Of a stretch of 64,000 nt of DNA, positions 1 through 11,155 are shown piece by piece; position 1 is the stretch's first letter, and each line of letters begins with the position of its first letter. A program made the translations under genes and the position numbers. This stretch comes from Vicugna vicugna. Taxonomy: Eukaryota. The stretch is taken from the NCBI GenBank assembly GCA_013265495.1, contig MU058432.1:137985-201984 (forward strand). Reading direction: 5' to 3'. The notes under the pieces were generated by a model. It was not told where the DNA came from, made no database searches, and saw nothing but the letters and a program-made list of their open reading frames with translations.

Positions 1-1114
1 GGTTCAAATTTAATTTAAATCTGTCTTGTTTTGAGGGTCTGTTGAAATATTCTGAATATTATATTGACTAATGCACAGATGATTGTGAGCTACCAGTTGG
101 ATGAACTGTTGGTGGTTGTGGGCTAAATGGCGAGCTGACGGGCACGGATGAGAAGTCTGGTGGCTTTGCGGACCTGGCTGTTGGATTGTTGGGTTAGATG
201 CGGGACAAAGAGTTCAGACCTCAGGCTGGAAAGGTAGACAGATTTCTTGAGGGTACGTAGGATTAAGCTGAGACACCAGCCAGGATGCTGCTCGTCTATA
301 CAGCTGTGTTAATAAAATCAAATTTACCTCCATACTGTTAATACAGATGGAGGGAAACCATCTATATGAAAATAAATTATGGCCAGTTAGGATATTTGGG
401 GCTGAAATTACTAAAATGGGATTGAATCTGGGAGTTTGTTGAGAAAGGCTAGAGTCTTTAGCTGCCTGAGTAAAATCCAAGATGTGATGCTGAATTTGAA
501 GCGCCAGGTAGACTGGACATTCCAAAACCCTTAATGCCTTGGGGAACTTGAGCTGCTGCTATCTGTGGCTCCTGCTAAAATCATTCAGTAGGGGACTGAC
601 CACCTTGAAGTTGCCGATCAGTGATGTTGCACATTCAACATCTTAACCTGCTTCCATGTTTAAATTTCCTTCTTGCCCATGGTTGTCAGCATTCTGGGAC
701 TACAAGTCCACATGTAATTGTGTAGACCATACATTTCAGAGCCAAATGCAACATTTGAGTCTCCTCTGCAAACAGGCTAGTCAATCTCCCTGAAAGGGAA
801 GCCAGGAGACTGTCACCTGTAACATGCTCCTGGCTACCACAACCCCAGATGCTTCAGAGCATTTTTCTGTAGGACCTGTAAGACCCAAAGATCAACTTGG
901 TGGCTTTTTGGGCCACTTGAATATTGACTGATTGGACCTATTTGGACAGTGGGCAAGTCTAGGCCTTAATAGAAATAGTGCCTGTCTTTTCAGTCAAACA
1001 TTTTCCTTTTCCAGGCACCTTGCTGGTCGTGTGGAAAAGGATGATGGCTGGGCAAGGCTGGTCCTCCTGATGCATTTTTCCCTCCCTCTGCCTCCATGCC
1101 GCATCTCATCCTCT

Positions 1115-1190
1115 TTCATATATATACACACACACACACACATACATACATATATATACACGCATACATATATACACATATATATATTTT
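1115..1190. repeat. Mixed (TA)n/(CA)n microsatellite
   Basis: Directly visible dinucleotide runs. Confidence 0.9.
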
Positions 1191-2042
1191 TTAACATCTC
1201 ACTTTTACATCTCATTACTCTTATTGGTTTTCTCTTATTTTGTGAAGTTTTCCTATTTCATAAGGTCTGTTTGCCCTGACTTCCTCACGTCCTTCCTTCC
1301 AATTCATCTCCTGAGTGTGTGAATGTGTGTGCATGTGTGTGAGTGCATATGAGAGTGTGTATTGCTCTGCTTTCTGATATCTCTGTAGAGAGAACACCTC
1401 TTTCTAGAGGTCTTTCCATGCAGTACCCCAGTTCTTGTCGGTTCTGTCAGGGGTCAGGTGCCTGCCTGTTTAGACTTTCCAGACTCTGGTGAAAGGAGTG
1501 GGGAGATTTCAGATTTGCGTGTTTGCTTTGCCGGACAAGATACCGAGCTGTCAGGGCTGTGGGAGGATGTCTACTGAGGGAATTCAGGCTGGAGGTGGCC
1601 GTGGGGTAGAGTGCTTTGCCTGGAGCCGAACAGCTGTATGTTTGTAATGCCCTCAGTGTAGCTGGAGACCTGGCCACGTCTGTAGTGGATACAGCTGGCT
1701 TCTAATTACAAAGTCAGGACTGTTAGGAAAAACCTGATGATTGCAGGTAACAGTAGCCCCTTTCAGGAATTCAGAAACTGATCGTATTTGATACTTCTTT
1801 CAGAGAAATATCAAAGTATTATTAAAGGAAGAAAAGGCTAAACTCAGGAAATATGGCCTGTAAAGTTGCAATCTATCATCACATGATGAGTACATGTTTC
1901 AGGAGTTAACTAGGAAGCATAAAATAATAGAAAATTGGTGTTCTCAGATCAAGAATAACAGGGATATTCATTCACCAATATTACTGAGCGCTAACAGCAC
2001 TGAAGATGCTGAGAACACAAGAGTAAACAAAGTGGATGGAAA

Positions 2043-2569
2043 TGTTACTGAGTTACAAATGGAAACTCGTTCTGCTCCCTGCACAACAGGCCAATAAATT
2101 GGGAGATGAGGTGCTGGGGCAAGGAATAACGACTTTCTTCGGAAAGCCAGCAGACCAAGAAGGTGGCAGACTAATGTTTTGGAGAACCATCCTACCCAAG
2201 TCAGAATTCAGGCTCCTTTTATACTAAAAAGGGGAGGAGGTGTGGTTGGTTGTTGCAAACTTCTTGGTGTAGGAATCCTTGGTTCTTGCAGCCGTCCACG
2301 TGGGTCAGGTCATGGTGTCCCTGCAAAACCTCTAACAAAACAAAGGTTACTTTCTGTTCTGCAACTTGTCATCTTTATATAGGCACAAAAGTGTTCATAT
2401 CCTTAAGGATGAGAGCCATGAGAACAGGCTCTCCTGTCTATTTCAGGCTGAAGGCAACACTGTTTCACAAAAGGTGCAGAGCCTGCAAGACTGAGCCTAG
2501 AAAACAGGGCACAGGGTTAAAGTCACAGGAACAGATCTAATATGCAGTCAGATTTGTTCTCTTGTTACA
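2043..2569 (-). mobile_element. Solo ERV1-type LTR, family A, copy 1
   Basis: TGT...ACA termini; 4-bp TSD GAAA; reverse-complement homology to 3710-4245. Confidence 0.9.
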
Positions 2570-3709
2570 GAAATGCTACCTCATGGAGCTTGTAGAAAGG
2601 AAGTTACAAGACTTTATTCTAGATAACAAAGGCATTTTAATGGGAAAAATTCCCTAAATTGAAAGTTAAAAAACAGACTTTGAACCACGTAACTGTAATG
2701 TGACAAAAGATTAGTATCTTTATATATGACTTTTATACATGTGTATGTTTTATAGACTGTCATAAACTTTTAGGGAAGATGTCAAAGTGTTAATACATAA
2801 ACGATCAAAGGGCTTGAACAAAAGTGAAACCTCTCAGAACTTGCTCTCTGCCTTGACCTGCATATGAGTTGCTGATATTTGGCTTTCGGTTTCTGAAGAG
2901 AATAAAATCATTATTCAGAACCCATGGGTGAAACCTCACATGCCTGGGCCATAAAAAGAGAGAGGCGAGAAAAGCCGAGGGGGGAGGATAGTGGAGGTGG
3001 GGTCCCCTGCAGAGCACACCCTCCCCAGGACGGCCCGGCTGGCACTAGCTTTCCCGCCTGCTCTCTCAGCTCCTGCATCTGGCCCCAAGGGACCCCAGCC
3101 AAGTGTCCCCATCCCAACAATTTCACCCAGCTGAGGAAGCCACAGATCCACATCCTGGGTGCTAAAGATGCGACCGTCCCTCCCTGGGTCAGCTCTGGTC
3201 TATCCCAGAGGTGGCCTGGAGCCCAGTGCTACTGGCAGTTCATCTGGAGCCCAGATATTCTTGGACCTGTGGGCAGTGAGTTCTCCGGGCACCCTCCTGC
3301 TTCCTTCCTGGAGGCAGGGGTCGGGGGGCTTTGTCAGGCCTCATGGGCCCCAGGAAAAACCCTCTGCTCCTCCTGCCTGTGGGAGGCTGGCAGAGCTTCT
3401 GATTCTGAGGCTGTGTTTCAAACCTGCACACGTGCTTTCCACTGGCCCTGCCCCTGGGACGTGGCAGCCGAGAACGTGAATCTGGCTTCCTTCACAGGAC
3501 TCAACAGGCTTCGCCGTGTGTGGGCAGTGCCCAGGCCGGGTGAGCATCCTCCTTAGGGTGCCCCTTATCCGCAGGGAACAGCTTCACCTACTCCCTTGTC
3601 CTTCTCTCTTACTCTCCCTCTTTGAAGATAAGGTCTGTGTGCATTCACTCTTGCCTAGCATTTCAGACACAGCTGGTGCTCAATGATGATGATAAATAAT
3701 AGTAGCTAC

Positions 3710-4245
3710 TGTAATGGAGGAGAGCAGATCTGACTCCATATTGGATCTGCTCCTTTAGCTTTAACCACTGTGCCCTGCTTTTCTAGGTTTATTCTTACCG
3801 GCTCTGCACCTTCTGTAAATGAATGCTGCCTTTAGCCTGGCTGGTAAACAGGAGAGCCTTTTCTCAAGGCTCTGACCTCTAAGGATATTAACACTTCTGC
3901 ACTTACATAAAGATAACAAGTTGCAGAATAGAAAACAAGCTTTGTTTTGTTGGAGGTTTTACAGGGGCACCATGACCTCGCCCACGTGGACAGCTGCAGG
4001 AACAGAGAATTCCTGCAGCAAGAATTTTGCAACAGCTAACCACACCTCCTCCCCTGTTTTTCTTTTGTTTTGTTTTTAATTAAAGGGGCCTGTATTCTGA
4101 CTGGAGAAGGATGGCTCTCCAAGACATTAGTCTGCCATCCTTTCGGTCTGCCGGCTTTCCAAATAAAGTCACCATTCCTTGCCCCTTGTCTCCCGACTTA
4201 TTGGCCTGTCGTGCAGCGAGCAGAACGTGTGTGGACTCGGTAACG
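3710..4245 (+). mobile_element. Solo ERV1-type LTR, family A, copy 2
   Basis: TGTAA...TAACG termini; TSD CTAC; AATAAA near the 3' end. Confidence 0.9.
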
Positions 4246-6224
4246 CTACTTTCAGTGAACCAGGCATTGTTTGCTCTGAGTGCTGTATATACGTTAATTC
4301 ATGTAAGCCTCGCAACCGCCACGTAAGATCACTTCCATCTTATCCTTGTTTTATAATTGAGGAACCTGAGGCACAGAGAGGTTGAGTCACCAGACTAGGG
4401 TCACAGAGCAGAACCAGTATGCAAACCTAGGCTGTCTGACTCCGCGATCCCTAGGCCAGGGAGCAGGATGCTGTCTGAACTTTCTCAACACTATGGACCC
4501 AGGGAGTGGTGAGGGATGAGCAAGATTCACACTTGGGCCTGCCACTCTCATCCCACTCAGGACCAGCCTCATGGTCAGAAAATGGGCATTCTAACATCAT
4601 AGCCAGCAGGTAGAGACAGGGTTTCTAAGGGCAAATCTCATGGCATCAGAATCAACCAAAGTGACAAAGTACCCTGGATGACTCTAGAAAGTATAATGTC
4701 AAGCAAGCCCCAGGTGGCAGCCCTGGAACTCCATCCATCTGTCCCCCACTCCTTGGATGGGGGGGTCTGCCACATTGAAACTCTGATATTTTTGCAGGTG
4801 ACAGCTGCTCCACATGGCTGGCCTCCTCTCTGAGCTCTCAATGTGTTCACTGCAGCATTTTCCTCATCAAGGGAGCAGGTGACACTCTGGAGCTCCCCCG
4901 AGATTGGAGAAAGAAGCCAGAGAGCAAAGAATGAGAGCAAGGGCAGTAATGGGGAGGACGGGCAGGGTGGTGAGGAGCCGTCGGAGGGCTGAGACTGTGT
5001 TTATGTCTTGCTTGAACATGACAATGGCCTCGCATGCATGGGTGGTGGGTCAGACTTGGGTGCCATTTGTCCTGAGGCTCACAGGGAACTGGCTGATAAG
5101 CGATGAGGGCAGGGGCCATTTGTCTGCCATCCTGTGACGGTGCCACGCCCATGCTGCTTGACTGAACATGGCAGTCAGCGAGGGGCTTAGGGCTGGGCCC
5201 CAGGGGGTAATTCTTCACCGAGGGTCACACACTGGAGCAAATGAGTCTCTGACACACCACATACCGAAACAAGACCAGGAAAGAAAAAGCTGAGTTGAAA
5301 CCCAGCGTCCCAGGCCTCCTGGTCACACCCAGCATCCTTGAGCAATGTGGCGCTAGAAACCAGGATGACAGACCGGATGTTTGCTCCTTCCTCCCAGAAC
5401 AATGCCCACTCCCCCTGCCTGCACCTTTCATTGTCAGAAGACCCACCCTTCTGTCGTTTCTGTCTCTACCTGCTCGGAGCATTTCTGGCCCAAATCTTGA
5501 AGCCCTAACCAGGGGCTGGGTGCTGGCCTCTTGCTGAACCCGAAGGATAGAATCCAGCCCAAGTGAGAGCAGAGGGTCATTCCCTCTTGGTTGGTCACTC
5601 TGACTGGACTGGTCCCCATCGCTCTGCTCCTGCCTCCATCTCTCCTCAGCCCTCCTTTAGTGTCTCCTGTCTGTTAGGAATGGGGCTGCTCACTGTGCCT
5701 GTTCACTTCCTGAGTGCTCGGCCTTGTGGTGGAATCCAGGTCTCCCCTACAAACTACGAATGAGCATCAGCCCCCGTGGGGCTCCGCTCTGACATCTTCG
5801 TGTGTCAGGCGCCTCCTGGGATGGAGCACACCTTTCCCTTGACCCACTGAGGACTTGTGGCTCAAGTGTCCAGTTCCTCCCTCAGGGGAAATGTCTCAAG
5901 AAGAGGAGGATATTATCCGAGGAAGGGGCTTCTTGGGGTTCACCCTGGGCCAGAAGCTCTCCTCCAACCTCAGGCTTCCCCCAGGACACAGAGAGAGACC
6001 ACAGCGTGTCTGGGTAAAGGGGCTGCCACCTTCTTGTGACCGGCCTTCTGAGAAAGGCAGTCCTGTAGCCCAGTGACCAGTTGGTCTGGTTTGGAGTCTT
6101 TGGCTGACCCTTGGAACAGTCCAGGGGTCTAGTCAGGAAGCAAGTGCATCATAATAAATACTGTCTGATTTTTAAGAGTAAAGAGAACAAACACGGAGTT
6201 GGTGCTGGTGCTGACAGCTGCTCC

Positions 6225-6372
6225 CAGAGGACAGTGGACAGCTGTCATCCTCAAGTTAAATTCTTTTACAAAAGGTGCAGAGCCGGCAAGACTAAGCCTA
6301 GAAAACAGGGCACAGGGTTAAAGCCAAAGGAACAGATCCCATATGGAGTCTGATTTGTTCTTTTCTGTTGCG
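6225..6372 (-). mobile_element. Partial LTR, family A, copy 3
   Basis: Close match to 2465-2569 (ACAAAAGGTGCAGAGCC...AGAAAACAGGGCACAGGGTTAAAG). Confidence 0.8.
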
Positions 6373-6538
6373 AGGCCACACTGTGAGCCAGGTGGCCAGC
6401 AGGCAGTTGAATTTAACTAGTGAACTTCTTGACCAAGACCACACTGTTTGACCTCAGGCCTCACACCACCTCTGCCAGAAACTATCCTTATCTCCAGTCA
6501 CCTCAGTTGGTCAAGAATTCATGGGCAAGAAGTATTAG

Positions 6539-7067
6539 CTTAATGAGAACGAATCTGACTCCGTATTAGATGTGTTCCTTTAGCTGTAACCCTGTGCTCT
6601 GGTTCCTGTGCTGAGTCATGCTGGCTCTGCACCTTTTGTAAAAAAAAAAAAAAAAAAAGAATGTTGCCTATAGCCTGAAACATACAGGAGAGCCCATTCT
6701 CAAGGCTCTGACCTTTAAAGGTATAAAATTTTCCCATTCACATAGAGATAAAAAGTTGCAGAACAGAGAAAAACATTTGTCTTCGGGGGTTTACAGGAAC
6801 ATCACGACCTGACCTAGATGGACAGCTGAAAGAACCAAGGATTCTGACATCAAGAAGTTTGCAACAACCAACCACACCCCCTCCCCTTTTTAGTACAAAA
6901 GGAGCCTGAATTCTGACTTGGGGAAGATGGTTCTCCAGGACGTTAGTCCCCCATTGTCTCTGTCTTATGGCTTTCTGAATAAAGTCATTATTCTTTGCCC
7001 CAGCACCTCGTCTCCTGATTTATTGGCCTGTCGTGCAGTGAACAGAATGAGTTTGGACTCAGCAACA
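6539..7067 (+). mobile_element. Solo ERV1-type LTR, family A, copy 4
   Basis: Homologous to copy 2; ends GCAACA; TTAG on both sides; 5' terminus degraded. Confidence 0.85.
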
Positions 7068-7298
7068 TTAGGAGAAAGGGAGAGGCTTAATGGGCTGAGG
7101 AAATAAGAGAATCATAAAATGTACAGCCTTGAACCACACCTTCCTCCTGGGCATCAGGGCCGAGGGCCGCTTTGGAAGGGAGATCCTGCTTTCGCTATTT
7201 CCGGAAGTGGGGGTGACCATGTGTGTGATAGGGGACCGGGGCAGGAACCTATGGACTCCTTCTCATGAAAACAATTAAACCACATAGTTTTATTATTA

Positions 7299-7540
7299 TA
7301 GTCGACCTTTGAATAACATGAGGGTTAGGGACACTGACTCTAAGCTGCAGTCAAAAAAATCTGTCTACAATTTATAGTTGGCCTTCTGTAAACGTGGTCC
7401 CTCCCAATCCTTAGCTCCTCCATAGCCACAGTTCCCCATCCATGGATTCAGCCAACTACTGGTTGTGTAGTACTGTCGAAAACAATCCACTTATAAGTGG
7501 ACCCATGCAGTCCGAATCCCTGTTGTTCAAGGGTCAATTT
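7299..7540. mobile_element. Tigger-type (TcMar) non-autonomous DNA transposon
   Basis: Terminal inverted repeats AGTCGACCTTTGAATAACA / TGTTGTTCAAGGGTCAATT with TA flanks. Confidence 0.8.
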
Positions 7541-8952
7541 TATACTGAAATACAGTTATAAACCTCTACTAATGTAGAGAATAGTGACAGATACGACTCT
7601 TTATTAACATATCAGACACCAGGCTCCAGCAGGGGACTGATAAGGACATAATATGGAAGTAGATGATGAGGACAAACAATAGTTGCTCCAGATGACATGT
7701 AATAGGAAAACCTCGGTGATTTCTAACAGTGGGTGGTTTTGCTGTGGTTTGTGTACTCCATCCATGGGACGAAAGGCTAAATGCCAGTTAGAGGAGAGGA
7801 AAAAAAAAAAAAAGATACAACCCTTTTTTTATTGAAGTGTGGGAGGACCCTGTTGTACATCTCCTGGCTCCAGAATCCAAGCCTCTGGGTGCTTCTGGGC
7901 ATCTGGTCACCTGTCAGCCAGCTCCTGGGTTGAGATGGCAGAAATCAAATCACAGTGAGCATTTATCTCATGATTTGGCTCTCAGATGTTCATCACACTG
8001 ATGTGTGCACAGCCTTTCAACAAGTTGACAGGTACACTGGCCCTGTTCTGCCAAACAACTGTCCATTTTTTGCTCACATGTTGCTGGTGTGACAGGGGCA
8101 AAGCTTGCACCCTGATGGGCATTTCACACATGCCCTTAGCCTTCGCCTCCGCCTTGCAAAGCAGGCATCATTATTTCCCTGCACAGACCAGGACACTGAG
8201 GTTTCTGAATACTGGAACCTTGTGTCACCAGCACTCAGCCACAGAGCTGGGAAAGGCCTTGCCCCAAAGCCTGTTCCTGCTGCATTAAGCCATGCAAAGT
8301 AACTTTTTCCTCTATTTAAAGAAAGCAACCGCATGATTTTTATGTATTATCTTGAGGTCATGTCAGAGACTGAGGAGGAGAAGCTTAGAATGGGGTTAGA
8401 AGTTATTCTTGGGCAGGTATCAAACTTTTTTTTTTGCCCCCAAGACTATTTGGGGTGTCTCATGGTGATTATGGAAGATGAGACATGAAATTCAGAGTGT
8501 GAAAAATATGTTTGTCGTTTTCTGAAGATGTACGAGTGGGGCCTTAGGTGGCCTTGGGGAGGAACTGTGGACTGAAGGGAGGGAGGCAGGCCTCCAGCCC
8601 AGCAGCCAACAGATTTCACAACAGGCTTCCTCGACTCTCAGGAAAGTTTGGCTACTGGAAACATTAACCGTGATTCTCGACAGTCTTCATTCCTAAGTGA
8701 CTTTTTGAACAATTTTAATTTCTTTTCGTTGAGAGTTACAAGTGTGCAAGCTTTTTCCTTTGTACGTGCAGTGCTGACACGCAGACAAAATAAATTGCGA
8801 AGCCTCTCAAGGCTGAGTCAGCTTCCGGCAAGAATTGAGGACATCAGGTATCTGTGCCTGACCCCCGCCCACGCCGCCAGGCACGCAGGACAGATGAAGA
8901 AAATGCTTAGGGGGAGGGAGGTTGCTGTGTTTGGCAGCTCCTCACTTCCCTG

Positions 8953-9485
8953 TGTTACAGAGTCTAACCTTATACTGCATGACCGTCCAATAAATCGAGA
9001 GACTAGGTGTTGGGGCAAAGAATGGTGACTTCATTCAGAAAGCCAGCCCACCAACAAGGTGGTGGACTCGTGTCCTGAAAAACCATCTTACTGGAGTTAA
9101 AATTCAAGCTTCTTTTATACTAAATTGGGAGGTGGGGGCTGGCTTTTGCAAACTTCTTGGTGCCGGCCAGACCCTGGAGGTTTGTTCTTTTTACTGTCCG
9201 TGTAGAGCTGGTCATGATGTTCCTGTAAATCTCCAACAAATCACATTATTATTTTCTGTTCTGCAACTTTTTATCTCTAGATGCACAGAAAAATGTTTAA
9301 ACCTTTAAAGGTCAAGCCTGGGCGGCAGATCCTTGAGAATGGGCTATAATGTATATGTCAAGCCATAGGCAACATTCTTTTACGACGTTGCAGAACCAGC
9401 ACGACTTAGCACAGGCAACAGGCACAAAGGTTAGAGCTAAAGGAACCGCTTCAGCGTGGAGTCACTTTCGTTCTTCTCTGTTACA
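8953..9485 (-). mobile_element. Solo ERV1-type LTR, family A, copy 5, in an intron of the RoBo-1-like pseudogene
   Basis: TGT...ACA termini; TSD CCTG. Confidence 0.9.
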
Positions 9486-10809
9486 CCTGTGCATCTTCTA
9501 TTTTACCTTGTTTCCCTATGTAGTGTCCTACCAGGATGGGGCTGGGCGTGTAGGGTGATGGGAGGTGGCAGGGACGGAGGTTCCAGGAAAAAGGATAGAC
9601 GATCCTAGGATCCTGATTCATCTTCAGCCTCACTGAGAAATGACACTCCCACTCTAACAAATGCTAGCAAACCATCCCTCCATTTGTCCGTTCCATGGAC
9701 CAATGCAGAAAGACTCTTTTGAAGAAGTGGAAAGAGTGAAAACAAAGTGTTCGGAGGCACAGAATTCTTTAATAACTTGCTACCCATTTAGGCATCACTC
9801 TATGGCTCAGAGGGGAAAGTCCTTCTAGGATTTGATTCTTTGCAGGGCGGAGCTCACAATTTGTCGAGGAGAAGGGCTGTTCTTCAAGCCCGTGTGTCCC
9901 ACCGGTCTTCTCAGCAACACTGGGGAGTCATCAGAGTTTGGGAACCAGCATCAATGCTGCCAAAATGAGATGTGTAACCAAAGGGAATGCCAAGGGAAGT
10001 GCCAACGCATCTCTGCTCTCGCTTCATTTCCAACCCGATTCCTAACCCATTGCCCTAAGTCTCTGTCTTCTAAGTACCTTCCCATGACCTATCTCTCTGC
10101 TTCTGAGCTGCCCACTGATTATGCCCTCTGATTGCCTTTCCTCCCTGCGCATGGATGCACACAAGTCCTCCTCCTGCACGGTGAATGACAGCTGGGTGGC
10201 TGAAACTAGCCTTGGGGATTTACTCTAAGTGTAAGTCTGTAGATTTAAATTATTTGCTTTCCCATTTGAGCTGAAAAGTTGTCATTCTTCACCTATTTAA
10301 TTCCTTACTCTCTTAACAGTACACTTCACACCACAGATTATCTTCTCTCCATTATCTAAGCACCTTTCTCCAGCCAGGGCAGAGAGGAAAAGATAACATC
10401 GAATTACTATAAGATCCTTTTGGCTACATCTTCCCACTTAATACCTCCCCTGTACCCTCCATGCCATTCCAGTTGTAAATAAGTTTGATTTTTGTTGTTG
10501 TTGTTGTTGGCAGGAATCCTTGAATAATCATGATCTGGGTCGGGGGTGGCTAATGTTTTCAGCTCTTTGACTTATTCTTTAAGATAAAAATTTTTCTCTC
10601 TTCATTCAGCGCCTCAGAAGTCCTCACCTCCCAGTGGCGTTAAATGGCCCGCCTGCTACACTGTGAACGACATTTCCTGTGAGCCAGTATTCCTCACCTG
10701 CAGTGGCACAGAGACAAAATGTGTCATGGTTTTTGACACAGGCATGGGTGTATCCCCAGATATTCTGGCGTTCATCTTCTTAAAGCGCATATAGTATATA
10801 TTCACTATT

Positions 10810-11155
10810 TACCGCTGTGTAACAAATTAGTCCCAGACTTGGCAGGGTAAAACAAAACAATCATTTGAAAAAGAAAAAGAAGACAGAGAAGAAGAGGGGA
10901 AAGGAGGAGGAGGAGGGGAGGGAGGGCGNNNNNNNNNNNNNNNNNNNNNNNNNNNNNNNNNNNNNNNNNNNNNAGGGCGGGCAAAACTGCAGTTTTTTAA
11001 TGATCTAATCTCAGAAGTGACATGTCATCACTTCTGCTGTGTCCTGTTGGTTGCACAGACCACCTCTGATACAGCATTGGAGGGAACCACACAAGGGCAT
11101 GAATACCAGGAAATAGCAATCAATGGGGGCCACCCCAGAGGCTAACCACCATGTA
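10810..11155 (-). mobile_element. MaLR (MLT1-type) LTR fragments spanning the assembly gap
   Basis: Typical MLT1 stretches (CTGTGTAACAAATTA..., AGAAGTGACATGTCATCACTTCTGC, GGGCATGAATACCAGGA). Confidence 0.65.
10929..10973. other. Assembly gap (45 N) within a G-rich low-complexity tract
   Basis: N run flanked by GGAG/GGGC repeats. Confidence 0.99.

Noticed and set aside
1..1700. Possible ERV internal or leader sequence
   Set aside because: No recognisable gag/pol/env peptide, primer-binding site or adjoining LTR; left unassigned.
2924..3556. 210-aa ORF
   Set aside because: GC-rich, GTG start, no recognisable domain; overlapping ORFs in several frames are expected from stop-codon scarcity.
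4798..4878. AG/GT-bounded segment as signal-peptide exon of the RoBo-1-like pseudogene
   Set aside because: No ATG-initiated hydrophobic frame ending in phase 1; candidates near 7860 and 7986 were equally unconvincing.
4904..5137. Peptide AWVVGQTWVPFVLRL resembling bornavirus N DWINGQPWVGSFVLSL
   Set aside because: Short match needing gaps, with no convincing extension; likely chance.
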